From a virus, in IMG/VR virus record IMGVR_UViG_3300028400_000005, positions 1 to 64,000 of that record: DNA of 64,000 nucleotides; one strand, written 5' to 3'. Positions 44,225 through 53,333 of this stretch are shown here, in pieces; positions within the stretch are counted from its first letter, which is position 1; each line of letters opens with the position of its first letter. The translations under genes and the position numbers were made by a program. The notes beneath the pieces were generated by a model. That model made no database searches, had not been told where the DNA came from, and was given only the letters and a program-made list of their open reading frames with translations.

Positions 44225-44682
44225 CTCGAGCGCAGACCCAAACCGACCCAGCCCTCCTCGCCGCGTTGGTCACGCGGGAGCTCCAGGTACTGGCCGATCG
44301 CGTCCACCAGCGCGTAGCGCTCCGCCAGGCTCAGCTCCCGGACCCGCCGCAGCAGGCCCTCGCAGTCGTCCAGTCCGGCCTGCTCGCACAGGCGCTCGTG
44401 CTGCTCGGCCTCCTCGACCGTCGCCGGCACTAGGTAGATCAGCTCGGGAGCCTCCACGGACGCCATCGAGCTGAGGGCGTACGCCAGCGCCTCGAGCTCA
44501 GCAACGGAGAAGCGGTCGCGCAACCCGCGCATGGCGCGCTCGAGCATGGAGTAGTAGCGCGCGAGGTCGCGGCGCGCGATCTCAGTCGGGGTGGCGGAGC
44601 GCGCCCGCTGGACCAGGTCGGCCCCCGGACGCACGTCCGGGCTCAGCGACGTGTTAACCCGCAAGGCGTTTTTCATGGGCAT
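44221..44682 (-). CDS. Putative DNA-binding protein, paralogue of 34378-34812
   Basis: ARRDLARYY motif and a GGAGG RBS. Confidence 0.7.
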   Translation of the reverse strand: MPMKNALRVNTSLSPDVRPGADLVQRARSATPTEIARRDLARYYSMLERAMRGLRDRFSVAELEALAYALSSMASVEAPELIYLVPATVEEAEQHERLCEQAGLDDCEGLLRRVRELSLAERYALVDAIGQYLELPRDQRGEEGWVGLGLRSS

Positions 44683-44699
44683 TTCAGCACCTCCGCCGC

Positions 44700-44765
44700 C
44701 ATCCTAGCACGGTACGCGGACCGCGCGCAATAGGATTGCAAGGGTACGCGTACCGTGCTACAATA
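44700..44765. promoter_or_regulatory. Divergent promoters sharing a 14-bp inverted repeat
   Basis: TAGCACGGTACGCG (44705-44718) and CGCGTACCGTGCTA (44747-44760). Rightward TTGCAA-17-TACAAT, leftward TTGCGC / TAGGAT. Confidence 0.75.
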
Positions 44766-44784
44766 CGGGTGTGGGAGGTATGCG

Positions 44785-45459
44785 ATGAAGAAAGCGGAAA
44801 TGAGCGCGAAACTGTTGGCGGCCCTGAGCGAGCTCGGTGACTCCTTGGCCCCGCTGCACGTGATGCTTGGCAACGAGCTCGAGCCCCGCCCGGCCTACCT
44901 GTTCCTCGGCGAGGACGAGGTGGGGTTCCGGGTGGCGTACTCCGACGGTACGCCGGAGGCCGTCTGGAACGGCCGCGTCCGTGAGTGGTCGCTCCACCCG
45001 CGGCTCTCCGCGGACGCCCTGCGCCGGTTGGCCGAAGACGACCGCGTGCTGTCCCTGCTCGAGCGCGTGGCGGCCGGCCTCAGCGTGGAGTGGGACGGCA
45101 GCAACCGCGTGGGCCGCCTCTCGCCCGACGCCGCGGCCGCCGAGGAGGAGCTGGGCGACCTGCTCGAGCGCGAGTACGGGCTCGACGGCGACCTGGTGCC
45201 GTCCTACGACGCCGATGAGGTTGTCTGGGGCGTGAACGTGCCGTCGCGCGAAAAGCTCGCTGAGGTCTGGCCCCCGGAAAAATCCCTCGACGAGGCCGTG
45301 AGTGCGCTGGAAGAGCTGGCCCGGTCTGAGGGCTTTCTCGTCCGCGGCGACCTCGAGCGGGTGCTCCTGGACGCCCTGGAATCGCTGGGCGACGAAGACC
45401 CCGACGCCCTCACGGGCGAGCACCGGCGGGAGTACGAAGCGCGCTTCGCCGCGGCCTGA
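44785..45459 (+). CDS. Hypothetical acidic protein
   Basis: GGGAGG RBS, own promoter and terminator. Confidence 0.7.
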   Translation: MKKAEMSAKLLAALSELGDSLAPLHVMLGNELEPRPAYLFLGEDEVGFRVAYSDGTPEAVWNGRVREWSLHPRLSADALRRLAEDDRVLSLLERVAAGLSVEWDGSNRVGRLSPDAAAAEEELGDLLEREYGLDGDLVPSYDADEVVWGVNVPSREKLAEVWPPEKSLDEAVSALEELARSEGFLVRGDLERVLLDALESLGDEDPDALTGEHRREYEARFAAA

Positions 45460-45477
45460 TCCGGTCTCGACTCCTCA

Positions 45478-45503
45478 AAGGCCGCCCTGGGAAGGGCGGC
45501 CTT
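45478..45503 (+). terminator. Terminator hairpin
   Basis: aaggccgccct-ggga-agggcggcctt. Confidence 0.65.
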
Positions 45504-45804
45504 GCTCATGGGCCCGCCACCGGGACGGCTTTGTGCGCGTGTGGGGCGCAGCTTCCATTGTTCACCGGCCTTTACTAAAATCTATATCGGTACTCAAAAA
45601 TGTATCAAAAGCCAAAATACAAGAAGAGCAATCGTAAGGAAAATCAGACCCGTAAGCCCTGTCCAGACCGCCACCCTGGCCTCTTCGAGCGCGTGTCGCT
45701 CCTGCTGCAGATAGCGCGCCTGGTGGTGGCCCTCCTGCAACTCCTGCTGCGCTGATGGTCTGGTGTTACAGACCACGCAGCAAGCATGTTGGCTGGACCG
45801 TCTA

Positions 45805-45876
45805 ATATTCCCGCTAATAGAAATAAACGGGAATATCCCGGAACCTTACACCCCGAGGCCCTGCGGGTGTAAGGTT
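45805..45876. repeat. Dispersed element copy 3 (inverted): AACCTTACAC-N15-GTGTAAGGTT with adjacent ATATTCCCG-N14-CGGGAATAT
   Basis: Seen directly. The main palindrome is at 45842-45876. Confidence 0.75.
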
Positions 45877-45905
45877 CCCGCCCTGGGCGTCCCGGGCGGC
45901 CGCTT

Positions 45906-45928
45906 CTGACCGCCCCCGCGCCTAGCGT
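45906..45928 (+). promoter_or_regulatory. Late-promoter motif
   Basis: ctgACCGcccccgcgcc-TAGCGT-6 nt-ATG 45935. Confidence 0.7.
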
Positions 45929-45934
45929 GGGGGT

Positions 45935-46453
45935 ATGAGCCCTGCGCATCGCATCTACGCCGTGGACCCCGGGGGCACCACCGGGCACGCCGTCGTCGAA
46001 GGGGGAACCGTGCGTATGGCGGGCGCCGTCCCGCGCTCCGACGCCCTCGAGGTCCTGACGGCCGCCTTCGTGGACTACCGCCCGCACCTGGTGGTGCTCG
46101 AGGGCTGGGAGAATCAGGGCCGCCGCCCGAACATCCACGCCGCCTACGCCAATCAGGTCCTGGGGTACGTCAAGGCCCTAGCCCACGTCTACAAGGTGCC
46201 GCTCGTCGAGACCTACGCCTCGGTCTGGAAGCCCGCCATGCGGGCCGGCGCCATGGCGATCCCCGGGGACCGCTACGGGGTGCCGACGGTGCGCAAGGAA
46301 AGCCGGGCGCTCGCCCTGCGGCTCGCCCTCGAGCTCGGCGGCTGGCCGGCGGACACCTTCGAGGGCCTGCCCCGGCGCGACTGGCCGCACGTCATTGACG
46401 CGCTCGCCCTGGCCGTCTGGGGGTGGAAGTATGGCGCCCGCCCTCGAGCCTGA
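45935..46453 (+). CDS. RuvC-like Holliday junction resolvase
   Basis: YAVDPGGTTGHA, VVLEG and HVIDALALA. Confidence 0.85.
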   Translation: MSPAHRIYAVDPGGTTGHAVVEGGTVRMAGAVPRSDALEVLTAAFVDYRPHLVVLEGWENQGRRPNIHAAYANQVLGYVKALAHVYKVPLVETYASVWKPAMRAGAMAIPGDRYGVPTVRKESRALALRLALELGGWPADTFEGLPRRDWPHVIDALALAVWGWKYGARPRA

Positions 46454-48452
46454 GTTTGCACGCGCGGCGAGCGAGGTCCTGTTTCGCCCGCCGCCGGTCT
46501 TCAGCGCCGATGAGCTCGAGACCCTAGCCGGCTTCGCGCACGCGTCGGGGATCCGCCCCGAGGGGGTCGGGGGGCCGCGGTTCTCCCTCGAGGGGCGCCC
46601 CTACCTGGAAGCGCTGTACGGCGAGCGCCGGGACAAGCCGTTCACCCGGCTGGTGATCATGAAGGCCGCCCAGATGGGCCTCACCGTGAAGCTGCTGTAC
46701 CGCGCCGGCTGGCTCACCGCGGACGCGAACACCCGCTTCAACGTCGCCCTCATGTTCCCGACGCTCGAGGCCGTCCTCGACCTGCACAAGTCGCGTTTCC
46801 GGCCGATGATGCAGTCGTCGAGCAAGATGATGAAGCTGATCGGGGACGTGGACGCCGTGGGCCTGGTGCGCGTCGGGGTTTCCACGATGCGCTTCCGCGG
46901 CATGCGCTCGGGGATCGGGGTGGACTCCTTCCCGGCGGACGCCCTGCTCTTCGACGAGGTGCGCCTCATGGACCTGGCCACCATCGAGCGCACCTTCGTG
47001 CGCGTCTCGGCCTCGAGGTTCGAGTGGGAGGGCCGCCGCGGGCTGATCGAGCTGAACTCCACCGCCGGTTTCCCGGGCATGGACATAGACCGCTGGTTCC
47101 AGCGCTCGACCATGAACTACTGGCGGACGCCCTGCCCCAACCCCGCCTGCAAGCTCCACCACGAGGGGATCGTCATGCCCCTGCGCTGGCCGGACGTGGT
47201 GGGCCGGGACGGCTCGAGGCTCTACTACCAATGCCCCGAGTGCAAGACCGAGATCACCGACGACGTGCTGCTCAAGCACGGGTTCTACGTGCCCGAAAAC
47301 CCCGGCGCCGAATGGGAGGGCTACCAGTTTTCGCAGATCCTGCGGGGCAACCGCTACCTGCCCGAGCTGTGGGCGGCCTGGGAGCGTGGCGACAACCTGC
47401 CCGAGTTTTACAACTCGCGCCTCGGGCTGCCCTACCGCGACCCCGACGCCGTGCCGGCGCCGCGCGAGACCGTCGAGGCCTGCATGGACCCCGAGTACCG
47501 CTGGCCCGACCCCGAGGACCTGAAGGGGGAGTGGGTGGCCGTGGGCGTAGACCAGCGCGCCCCCGAAAAGCACGCCGTCGTCTACAAGCTGGGCCACGGG
47601 AGCACCTTCGACCTGGTGCACCTTGAGGTCCTGGAGGTCAGCGGTGAGGACGCCGTGCGCGCGCTCGAGCTCCTGGCCCGCCGCTGGCACGCCAAGATCG
47701 TGGTGATTGACGGCGAGCCCTCCTACGACCTGGCCGTCGGCCTCGCCCGCCGCCTGCCCAAGGGGGTGGTCTGGCTGGCGGACTACGCGGACTCGCCCCA
47801 CGCGATCACGTGGAAAGACGAGCGCACCCGCAAGGACATCCAGAAGTCCACCGGTGAGGTCAAGTACGAGTACCGGGTGCTGCTGGACCGCTACAAGGCC
47901 CTCGACTGGGCCCTCACGCAGTTTCAGCGGCGCCGCATCCGCGTGCCCGTGGACTTCTACGAGAAGCACCAGACCCGGCGCATCGGCGGGGTGGCGCAGA
48001 AGTGGCCGGTGGCGAAGGAGTACGTGACCCACCTCGAGAACATTGCCCGGGCCACCATCCCGGTCTACCGCACGCTGCCCACCGGCGAGCGCGTGCACTC
48101 CGGCGAGGTGCGCCAGATCTACCGCCACCTGGCCCTCGACCCCCACTTCGCCCACGCCCACGTCTACGCCCTCGTCGGGCTGGCCCGCCGGATGGGGGAC
48201 ACGACCATCCACATGGGGGCCGAGGCCTCGCTCAAGCCCCCGTCGCCGCTCGAGGCCGCCACCCCCCAAGGCCTGAGGCCGGGCGACCTGGCGCTCGAGC
48301 GTCAGCGGGCGCTCAGCCGCACCTGCGGGGTCTGCCGCTACTACTCCGCGCTGTCGGGGGGCAAGGGGCGGTGCAATCACCCCAGCAACGCCGCGATCAA
48401 CCTGCGGGTGGGCGAAAGCGACCCCCATTGCCCGCTGTGGCGGCGCAAGTAG
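46431..48452 (+). CDS. Terminase large subunit (GpA-like)
   Basis: IMKAAQMGLT Walker A, LLFDEV Walker B, Zn ribbons, FYNSRLGLPY and nuclease VGVD..VVIDG..DPHFAHA. Confidence 0.88.
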   Translation: MAPALEPEFARAASEVLFRPPPVFSADELETLAGFAHASGIRPEGVGGPRFSLEGRPYLEALYGERRDKPFTRLVIMKAAQMGLTVKLLYRAGWLTADANTRFNVALMFPTLEAVLDLHKSRFRPMMQSSSKMMKLIGDVDAVGLVRVGVSTMRFRGMRSGIGVDSFPADALLFDEVRLMDLATIERTFVRVSASRFEWEGRRGLIELNSTAGFPGMDIDRWFQRSTMNYWRTPCPNPACKLHHEGIVMPLRWPDVVGRDGSRLYYQCPECKTEITDDVLLKHGFYVPENPGAEWEGYQFSQILRGNRYLPELWAAWERGDNLPEFYNSRLGLPYRDPDAVPAPRETVEACMDPEYRWPDPEDLKGEWVAVGVDQRAPEKHAVVYKLGHGSTFDLVHLEVLEVSGEDAVRALELLARRWHAKIVVIDGEPSYDLAVGLARRLPKGVVWLADYADSPHAITWKDERTRKDIQKSTGEVKYEYRVLLDRYKALDWALTQFQRRRIRVPVDFYEKHQTRRIGGVAQKWPVAKEYVTHLENIARATIPVYRTLPTGERVHSGEVRQIYRHLALDPHFAHAHVYALVGLARRMGDTTIHMGAEASLKPPSPLEAATPQGLRPGDLALERQRALSRTCGVCRYYSALSGGKGRCNHPSNAAINLRVGESDPHCPLWRRK

Positions 48453-48458
48453 CCGAAC

Positions 48459-48500
48459 AGACGAACGCCCGGGCCAGCATACGAGCCCGGGCGTCTGTCT
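48459..48500. terminator. Bidirectional terminator hairpin between convergent operons
   Basis: acgcccggg...cccgggcgt. Confidence 0.6.
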
Positions 48501-48513
48501 AACCTACGTGCCG

Positions 48514-49314
48514 CTATGCGCCGGCCAGGTAGTCCTCGACCGGTCCGAAGAGCTCGTCGCCGGCCGCCTTGAGCTCGACGAGGGACGCGGCCCTCACCGT
48601 GTGGTCGGGCTCCACCGCGTCCACCATGCGCTCGCTGGCGTGCTTCTGCGCCTCGGGATCCAGGACCTCCGGGGCGTTGTCCCGCACCACCCGCACCACC
48701 TCGCCCAGGCCGGGCGGGGGGAGAAGGCCGCCCTCCTCGTCCCAGGTATGGGTGAGCGCGTGCCGCACCACGTCCAGCGTGGGACCGTCGTGCTGCTCGT
48801 AGTAGGCCCGCATGCGCTCCACGTCGCCCTGGATCGCGTACGCCTCGTTCGGGAAGCGCACATCCGTCACGGCCACCCGCCCGCCGGCGGCGAGCACCCG
48901 GCGCGCCTCGGTGAGGGCCGGGACCAGCCAGAGGCCCGGGTCAATGCTGCGGCCGATCTCGGTGCCCAGGTGCTGCAGCAGGCGCCGCTCCCGCGGGGCC
49001 TTGTTCGCGCCGAAGTAGGCGTAGTAGCGCTCGAGCACCATCGAGAGCGTGGGCTTGAGGTAGATCCCGACGATCTCCCGCGGCTCGGGGGCGCGGCCCT
49101 CGTCCTTGGCGACCTTCTTGGTGTACGCGGCCACCTGCTCCGCCAGCCCCGGCGTGACCATGGGCACCGTCAGCCCCTCGAGCACCAGCGCCAGACCCTT
49201 CAGGGGGTCGGCCAGGGCGATGCGGGTGTAGCCCCGAGGGGCCAGCACCATGCCGTAGAAGCTGTCCTTGCCCGCGCGCGCTTTGCCGGTGATGCCGATC
49301 AGTCTTGGTTTCAT
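48514..49314 (-). CDS. Deoxynucleoside monophosphate kinase
   Basis: IGITGKARAGKDS, ALADPLK, RRLLQHLGTE and VTDVRFPNE. Start reassigned to 49314. Confidence 0.88.
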   Translation of the reverse strand: MKPRLIGITGKARAGKDSFYGMVLAPRGYTRIALADPLKGLALVLEGLTVPMVTPGLAEQVAAYTKKVAKDEGRAPEPREIVGIYLKPTLSMVLERYYAYFGANKAPRERRLLQHLGTEIGRSIDPGLWLVPALTEARRVLAAGGRVAVTDVRFPNEAYAIQGDVERMRAYYEQHDGPTLDVVRHALTHTWDEEGGLLPPPGLGEVVRVVRDNAPEVLDPEAQKHASERMVDAVEPDHTVRAASLVELKAAGDELFGPVEDYLAGA

Positions 49315-49961
49315 GCGTTCCTCCCGTGCTGTCCGCGTTTGTTGCCGTACCCGAGCGGGTCGCGCCGCTCGCGGTAGTCCAGGGGTAGGCGCTCGAGCAG
49401 ACCGCGCAGCGCCTCCCAGCTGCCCGCCCGCAGCACCCACGGCTCCGTGAGGCTGCGGTTGTAGCGGTGCTCGATCAGGATCGGGGTGAGGCCGGCCTCG
49501 GCGAACTCGCGGGCCTCCCGGGGGCTGTCCTCGACCAGGATCGAGACCCCGAGGCGCGCGGCCACCTCCGCCTTGGTCTCGGGGCGCTCCACGTGATGCA
49601 CGGGGCGCATGGGGAAGCCGCGCTCGCGCAGCCACTCCAGGGTCACGTCCCGGGTGTGGGGCTTGCGCCGGGTGATGTAGGCGGTGAGCAGCTTGCGCCG
49701 CGCGAGCCATTGGGCGGCCTCGAGGGCGTGCGGCATGGGATGGGCTTCCCGGTAGGTCTCCGGGTCGCCGTAGATCTCCGAGAGGATCCGCTCCGCCTCC
49801 GGGGTCCGTACGCGCTCGGGGAACTCGGCCAGCACGTCGTCGTAGTGCTCGGGGTCCCAGTAGCGCACGTCCGCGGGCTCGAGCCCCAGCCGCTCCACTA
49901 GGCGCCGCATGACGACGGGGGTGAGGTTGGCGACCACGCCGTCGAGGTCGAGGGCGATCAT
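49311..49961 (-). CDS. HAD-family 5'(3')-nucleotidase-like protein
   Basis: DLDGVVAN, YITRR, TK, LVEDS and YN. Confidence 0.85.
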   Translation of the reverse strand: MIALDLDGVVANLTPVVMRRLVERLGLEPADVRYWDPEHYDDVLAEFPERVRTPEAERILSEIYGDPETYREAHPMPHALEAAQWLARRKLLTAYITRRKPHTRDVTLEWLRERGFPMRPVHHVERPETKAEVAARLGVSILVEDSPREAREFAEAGLTPILIEHRYNRSLTEPWVLRAGSWEALRGLLERLPLDYRERRDPLGYGNKRGQHGRNA

Positions 49962-50302
49962 GCCTGCACCCCCGAGGGGGCCGGCGCCGCCTGCGCGCCG
50001 TGGACGAGAACCAGGGCGGGGGTGGTGCCCATGCTCGAGGTCAGCCCGATCATGTCGGGGGCCAGCGCCCGCACCAGCTCGAGGTTTTCCATGACCAGCT
50101 CGTCGTAGGCCGCGGCGGCCCGGTAGAGGGCGTTCGTGTTGTTCAGGTGTTCCGAGCTGGGGTAGTTGGGATCGGCGTGGGCCTTCAGGAAGGTGCTACG
50201 GATGCCCAGGTAGGTACGGGCGCGCCGGCCCAGCTCCCGGACGATCCACGCTTCGGGGTAGAGGCCCAGGGCGGCTCGCAGCCGGTGGTACGCCTTCTTC
50301 AT
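49958..50302 (-). CDS. Hypothetical protein
   Basis: Coupled in the operon. Confidence 0.6.
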   Translation of the reverse strand: MKKAYHRLRAALGLYPEAWIVRELGRRARTYLGIRSTFLKAHADPNYPSSEHLNNTNALYRAAAAYDELVMENLELVRALAPDMIGLTSSMGTTPALVLVHGAQAAPAPSGVQA

Positions 50303-51759
50303 GCGGTCTCCTTTCGGGGCTCGAGCCCGTCCCCGTCTGCGAAGAACGGGAACATGGCCACGTAGCCGCGTTCACGGTGGAATACGTGCGCCTCGGCCGA
50401 GCGCAGGTTGGCGATGAAGCCCTTCTTGTGGTGCCAGGCGTCCGTCGCGGAGAGGGACGGCAGCACGCGCACGCGCACCCCGCCGTTCTCGGCGAGGGGC
50501 TGGAACGCCGCCTCGCTCTTCCGGTGCAGGTGCCCCACGTGCCACTCGCGGTAGCGGGTCTGCGACCAGTCCTCGGGGCGCTCGTTCGCCATGATGAGGG
50601 GCAGGTCGCGGTGCTTCTCCTCGTTGCCGTGGGTGTAGCCGATCAGCACCCGCCCCCAGCGCAGGTACTTGCGCGGGGTGGCGCCATTGTCCACGTGCAC
50701 GTCCTCCGTGGCGCGGTAGTAGGCCCGCAGCACCTCTCCGAGGTAGAAGGTGCGCTGGTGGTCGTGGTTGCCCGGCACCATGAGCAGCCGCACCGGGGCG
50801 ATGGCCCGGGCGCGGTCAATCAGGTCGGTAATGAGCAGGTCCACCACCCGCCGGAAGGCGGTCTGCCAGCGGGTGTCCACGTCCACCCGCGTGCCCTTCG
50901 TGGTGGTGTTGTCGAGGGTGTCTATGTGGAAAAGGTCGTTGCCCAGGGGGATGACGATCTCGTCCAGGGGGTAGAGGGCGGCCTGCTCGAGCAGGTACTC
51001 GACGGCCTCCTTCCACACCGCGATGGCCCGCTTGGTGTCGTAGGCGTTCCCCGTCTCCTCGGCCGCGGCCAGCTTGCCCACGTGCAGGTCGTAGACGCTG
51101 ATCTCGGCGAGGTACCCCGAGTTGCGCTCGAGCCGGCGGACGCGTACCGGGGGTTGCCCCGTGGGTCGGGGTACGGCCCGGGCGGCCAGGTCCTCGATCA
51201 GCCCCTCGAAGATGGCCTTGAGGTCCACGTCCCGCTTGCGCCGCAGCCAGACCTTGATCTGCCACAGGGGAGCCTTCTTGATCTCGCCCTCGTCTTCGAT
51301 GATGCCGCTCATGCGGCTGTCTTCCCACTCGAGGGACTTCTTGGTCTTGGCCCGCCCCATCTCCCAGGTGTTCACGACGTAGCGCTCGACCTCCCACACG
51401 TCGGGGTCCACCTGGGCGATCCGCAGCACGTCCTCGAGGCTGAGCGGCCGCTCGCCCTTGTAGGCCAGGGTCGCGTTGCCGGTGGCCGTCTCCTCGAAGC
51501 GCACGTCGGGGCGCTTGGGCTCCTGGACCTTGGGCGGCTCCGGGGGGCGCTTGGGGGCCGGCGCCGGCATGCCCTCGGGGGTGTAGGCGGTCACGAAGTG
51601 GTAGAGCTCCCGGGAGCGGTAGTAGGTGAGCTCGTGGCCGATGGAGGCCAGGTGGTTCTTCAGGTACTGGGGCCCGTGGCCCGGGTTGGCCTCGAGGTAG
51701 GCCCGGGCGGCGGCCTCGAGCTCGGGGGTGAGCCACTTGGGGCGCTTGGGTCCGGCCAC
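50299..51759 (-). CDS. Calcineurin-like metallophosphoesterase with an N-terminal extension
   Basis: DLHVG, GND, GNHD, THG and GHLH. Confidence 0.85.
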   Translation of the reverse strand: MAGPKRPKWLTPELEAAARAYLEANPGHGPQYLKNHLASIGHELTYYRSRELYHFVTAYTPEGMPAPAPKRPPEPPKVQEPKRPDVRFEETATGNATLAYKGERPLSLEDVLRIAQVDPDVWEVERYVVNTWEMGRAKTKKSLEWEDSRMSGIIEDEGEIKKAPLWQIKVWLRRKRDVDLKAIFEGLIEDLAARAVPRPTGQPPVRVRRLERNSGYLAEISVYDLHVGKLAAAEETGNAYDTKRAIAVWKEAVEYLLEQAALYPLDEIVIPLGNDLFHIDTLDNTTTKGTRVDVDTRWQTAFRRVVDLLITDLIDRARAIAPVRLLMVPGNHDHQRTFYLGEVLRAYYRATEDVHVDNGATPRKYLRWGRVLIGYTHGNEEKHRDLPLIMANERPEDWSQTRYREWHVGHLHRKSEAAFQPLAENGGVRVRVLPSLSATDAWHHKKGFIANLRSAEAHVFHRERGYVAMFPFFADGDGLEPRKETA

Positions 51760-52148
51760 TACCTACCCCCCAGGCGTGCGAAGGCGCGGAACACGTAGGT
51801 GCCTGCGGGGCGGTACTGGGCCTCGAGCCCCAGCGTCACGCGGGGGCCGTCCGCTAGGGCCTGCACCCCCACCCAGGAGCGCTCGAGCGCGCCCGGGTAG
51901 AAGGCTAGCTGGGGCATGAGGTAGGCGTCCACGTCCCAGCTCGAGCCCAGCCAGTAGTAGGCGTCCAGGCGCACGTAGTGGCCCGAGAACGGTGCGCGGT
52001 CGGCTGAGGGCTCCGTCGCGGCCGGCGCGGGGCCGCTCCACTCCCAACCGAGCTCCACGTCCCAGCCGGTCCAGCCGGTGCCGCCGGCGCCGGTGGCGAA
52101 GGCGAGTCCGGCGGCCAGCACCAGGGGAGCGATAAGGTGCTTTATCAT
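51759..52148 (-). CDS. Secreted beta-strand-rich protein (possible outer-membrane protein)
   Basis: Signal peptide MIKHLIAPLVLAAGLAFA and alternating aromatic strands. TAGAAT lies 7 nt upstream. Confidence 0.6.
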   Translation of the reverse strand: MIKHLIAPLVLAAGLAFATGAGGTGWTGWDVELGWEWSGPAPAATEPSADRAPFSGHYVRLDAYYWLGSSWDVDAYLMPQLAFYPGALERSWVGVQALADGPRVTLGLEAQYRPAGTYVFRAFARLGGR

Positions 52149-52304
52149 GCGTCTTATTCTACAGACGGGCACGGGTGGGGTAGAGAAAGGGCCTAACGGT
52201 TCAGTAACAGACCCGGGGAATAGCAGAGGCGGCGGGCTCGAGCCCGCCACCGGTCTACCTGCGCAATCCTCGCCGTCGGGGTCGCCGGCGCACCTGCCCC
52301 GCCC

Positions 52305-52577
52305 CTAGGTAGGCGGCGCGCCGGACTTCTCGAAAAAACCCGTGGCGTTGAAAAAAGCGACGACGGCGCGGATGACCATGCGCGCGATGATGTCGTAGCT
52401 GTCGCGGAAGGCCTCCGGGAGCATTTCCGGGGGGAAGAGCTCCCGCATCTGCGCCACCGCCTTGTCCTCCTTTGCCTTGCCCTTCTCACCGGTCCCCTCG
52501 GCGGTGAGCTCCACCAGGGTGACGGCGAGGCCGGCCGCCTGAATGATCGCCTGCAGGATCGAGAGCAGCTTCTTCAT
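52305..52577 (-). CDS. Small holin-like / lysis accessory protein
   Basis: Amphipathic MKKLLSILQAII.. and VAFFNATGFF. Follows the endolysin, with GGAGG and a late-promoter motif (ccgACCG-N10-TAGGGT, 52594-52616). Confidence 0.55.
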   Translation of the reverse strand: MKKLLSILQAIIQAAGLAVTLVELTAEGTGEKGKAKEDKAVAQMRELFPPEMLPEAFRDSYDIIARMVIRAVVAFFNATGFFEKSGAPPT

Positions 52578-52596
52578 CGTTACCTCCGCGGCCACC

Positions 52597-53328
52597 CTAG
52601 GCGCTGGGGCGGTCGGGGTCCTCCCACCACTTGCGCCAGTAGCTGATGCCGAAGTCGCGCTCGAGCTCGTAGCGCCGGCCGTGCACGGTGCCGCGGCCCA
52701 CGGCGATCGTGAGCTTGCGGCTCAGCACGTCGTCGCGCCAGCGGGGGTTGGCGCTGTCGGCCACCACCTGGGCCAGCAGCTTGAGGCGCTGCCACTCCAT
52801 GGGGTAGCGCGTCCCCGCCCCGAGGCGGCGCCGGTAGCGGCGGATGTGGTCGCGGCGCGGCGCGCCGTTCTGCACGGCGATGTCCACCCCGAGGGCGTAG
52901 GCGCGCTCGGTCGTGAACCCCAGGGCCTCCACGAGCCTCCGGCCGCGGTCCAGGTACGGCTGGGCGGCCTCGCGGAACGCCTGCTGGGTGCCGGGCAGCT
53001 CCTCGAGGCGGTGGAAGGCGTTGCGCCACTCCCACGTCGGCCGGCCGCGGCGGTCCAGGATACGCGCCCGGGCGAAATCCACGAGCGCCGCGTTGCCGCG
53101 CCGGGCGGCCTCGACGAACTCCTCGCCCATGATGCGGGCGGCCTGCTCGGGCTCGAGCTCGACGATGCGCGCCAGCACCGGGCCCAGCGTCCCCTGCCCG
53201 AGGTTCCATTGCAGCGGCCCCCAGGAGAGCACCTGGCCGTCGAAGTCGCCGGCCAGGTGCCCCCCCTCGAACGCGTGCACCATGCGGAGCACGCGGGTCT
53301 GGAGGGTGGGGTGGGGTTTGCGGTTCAT
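52597..53328 (-). CDS. Endolysin (lysozyme-like glycosidase)
   Basis: FEG..LAGDFDGQ.LSWGPLQWNLGQGTL, DIAVQNG and DV.SRK..I..G.G.VHG, next to the holin. Confidence 0.8.
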   Translation of the reverse strand: MNRKPHPTLQTRVLRMVHAFEGGHLAGDFDGQVLSWGPLQWNLGQGTLGPVLARIVELEPEQAARIMGEEFVEAARRGNAALVDFARARILDRRGRPTWEWRNAFHRLEELPGTQQAFREAAQPYLDRGRRLVEALGFTTERAYALGVDIAVQNGAPRRDHIRRYRRRLGAGTRYPMEWQRLKLLAQVVADSANPRWRDDVLSRKLTIAVGRGTVHGRRYELERDFGISYWRKWWEDPDRPSA

Positions 53329-53333
53329 GGACG

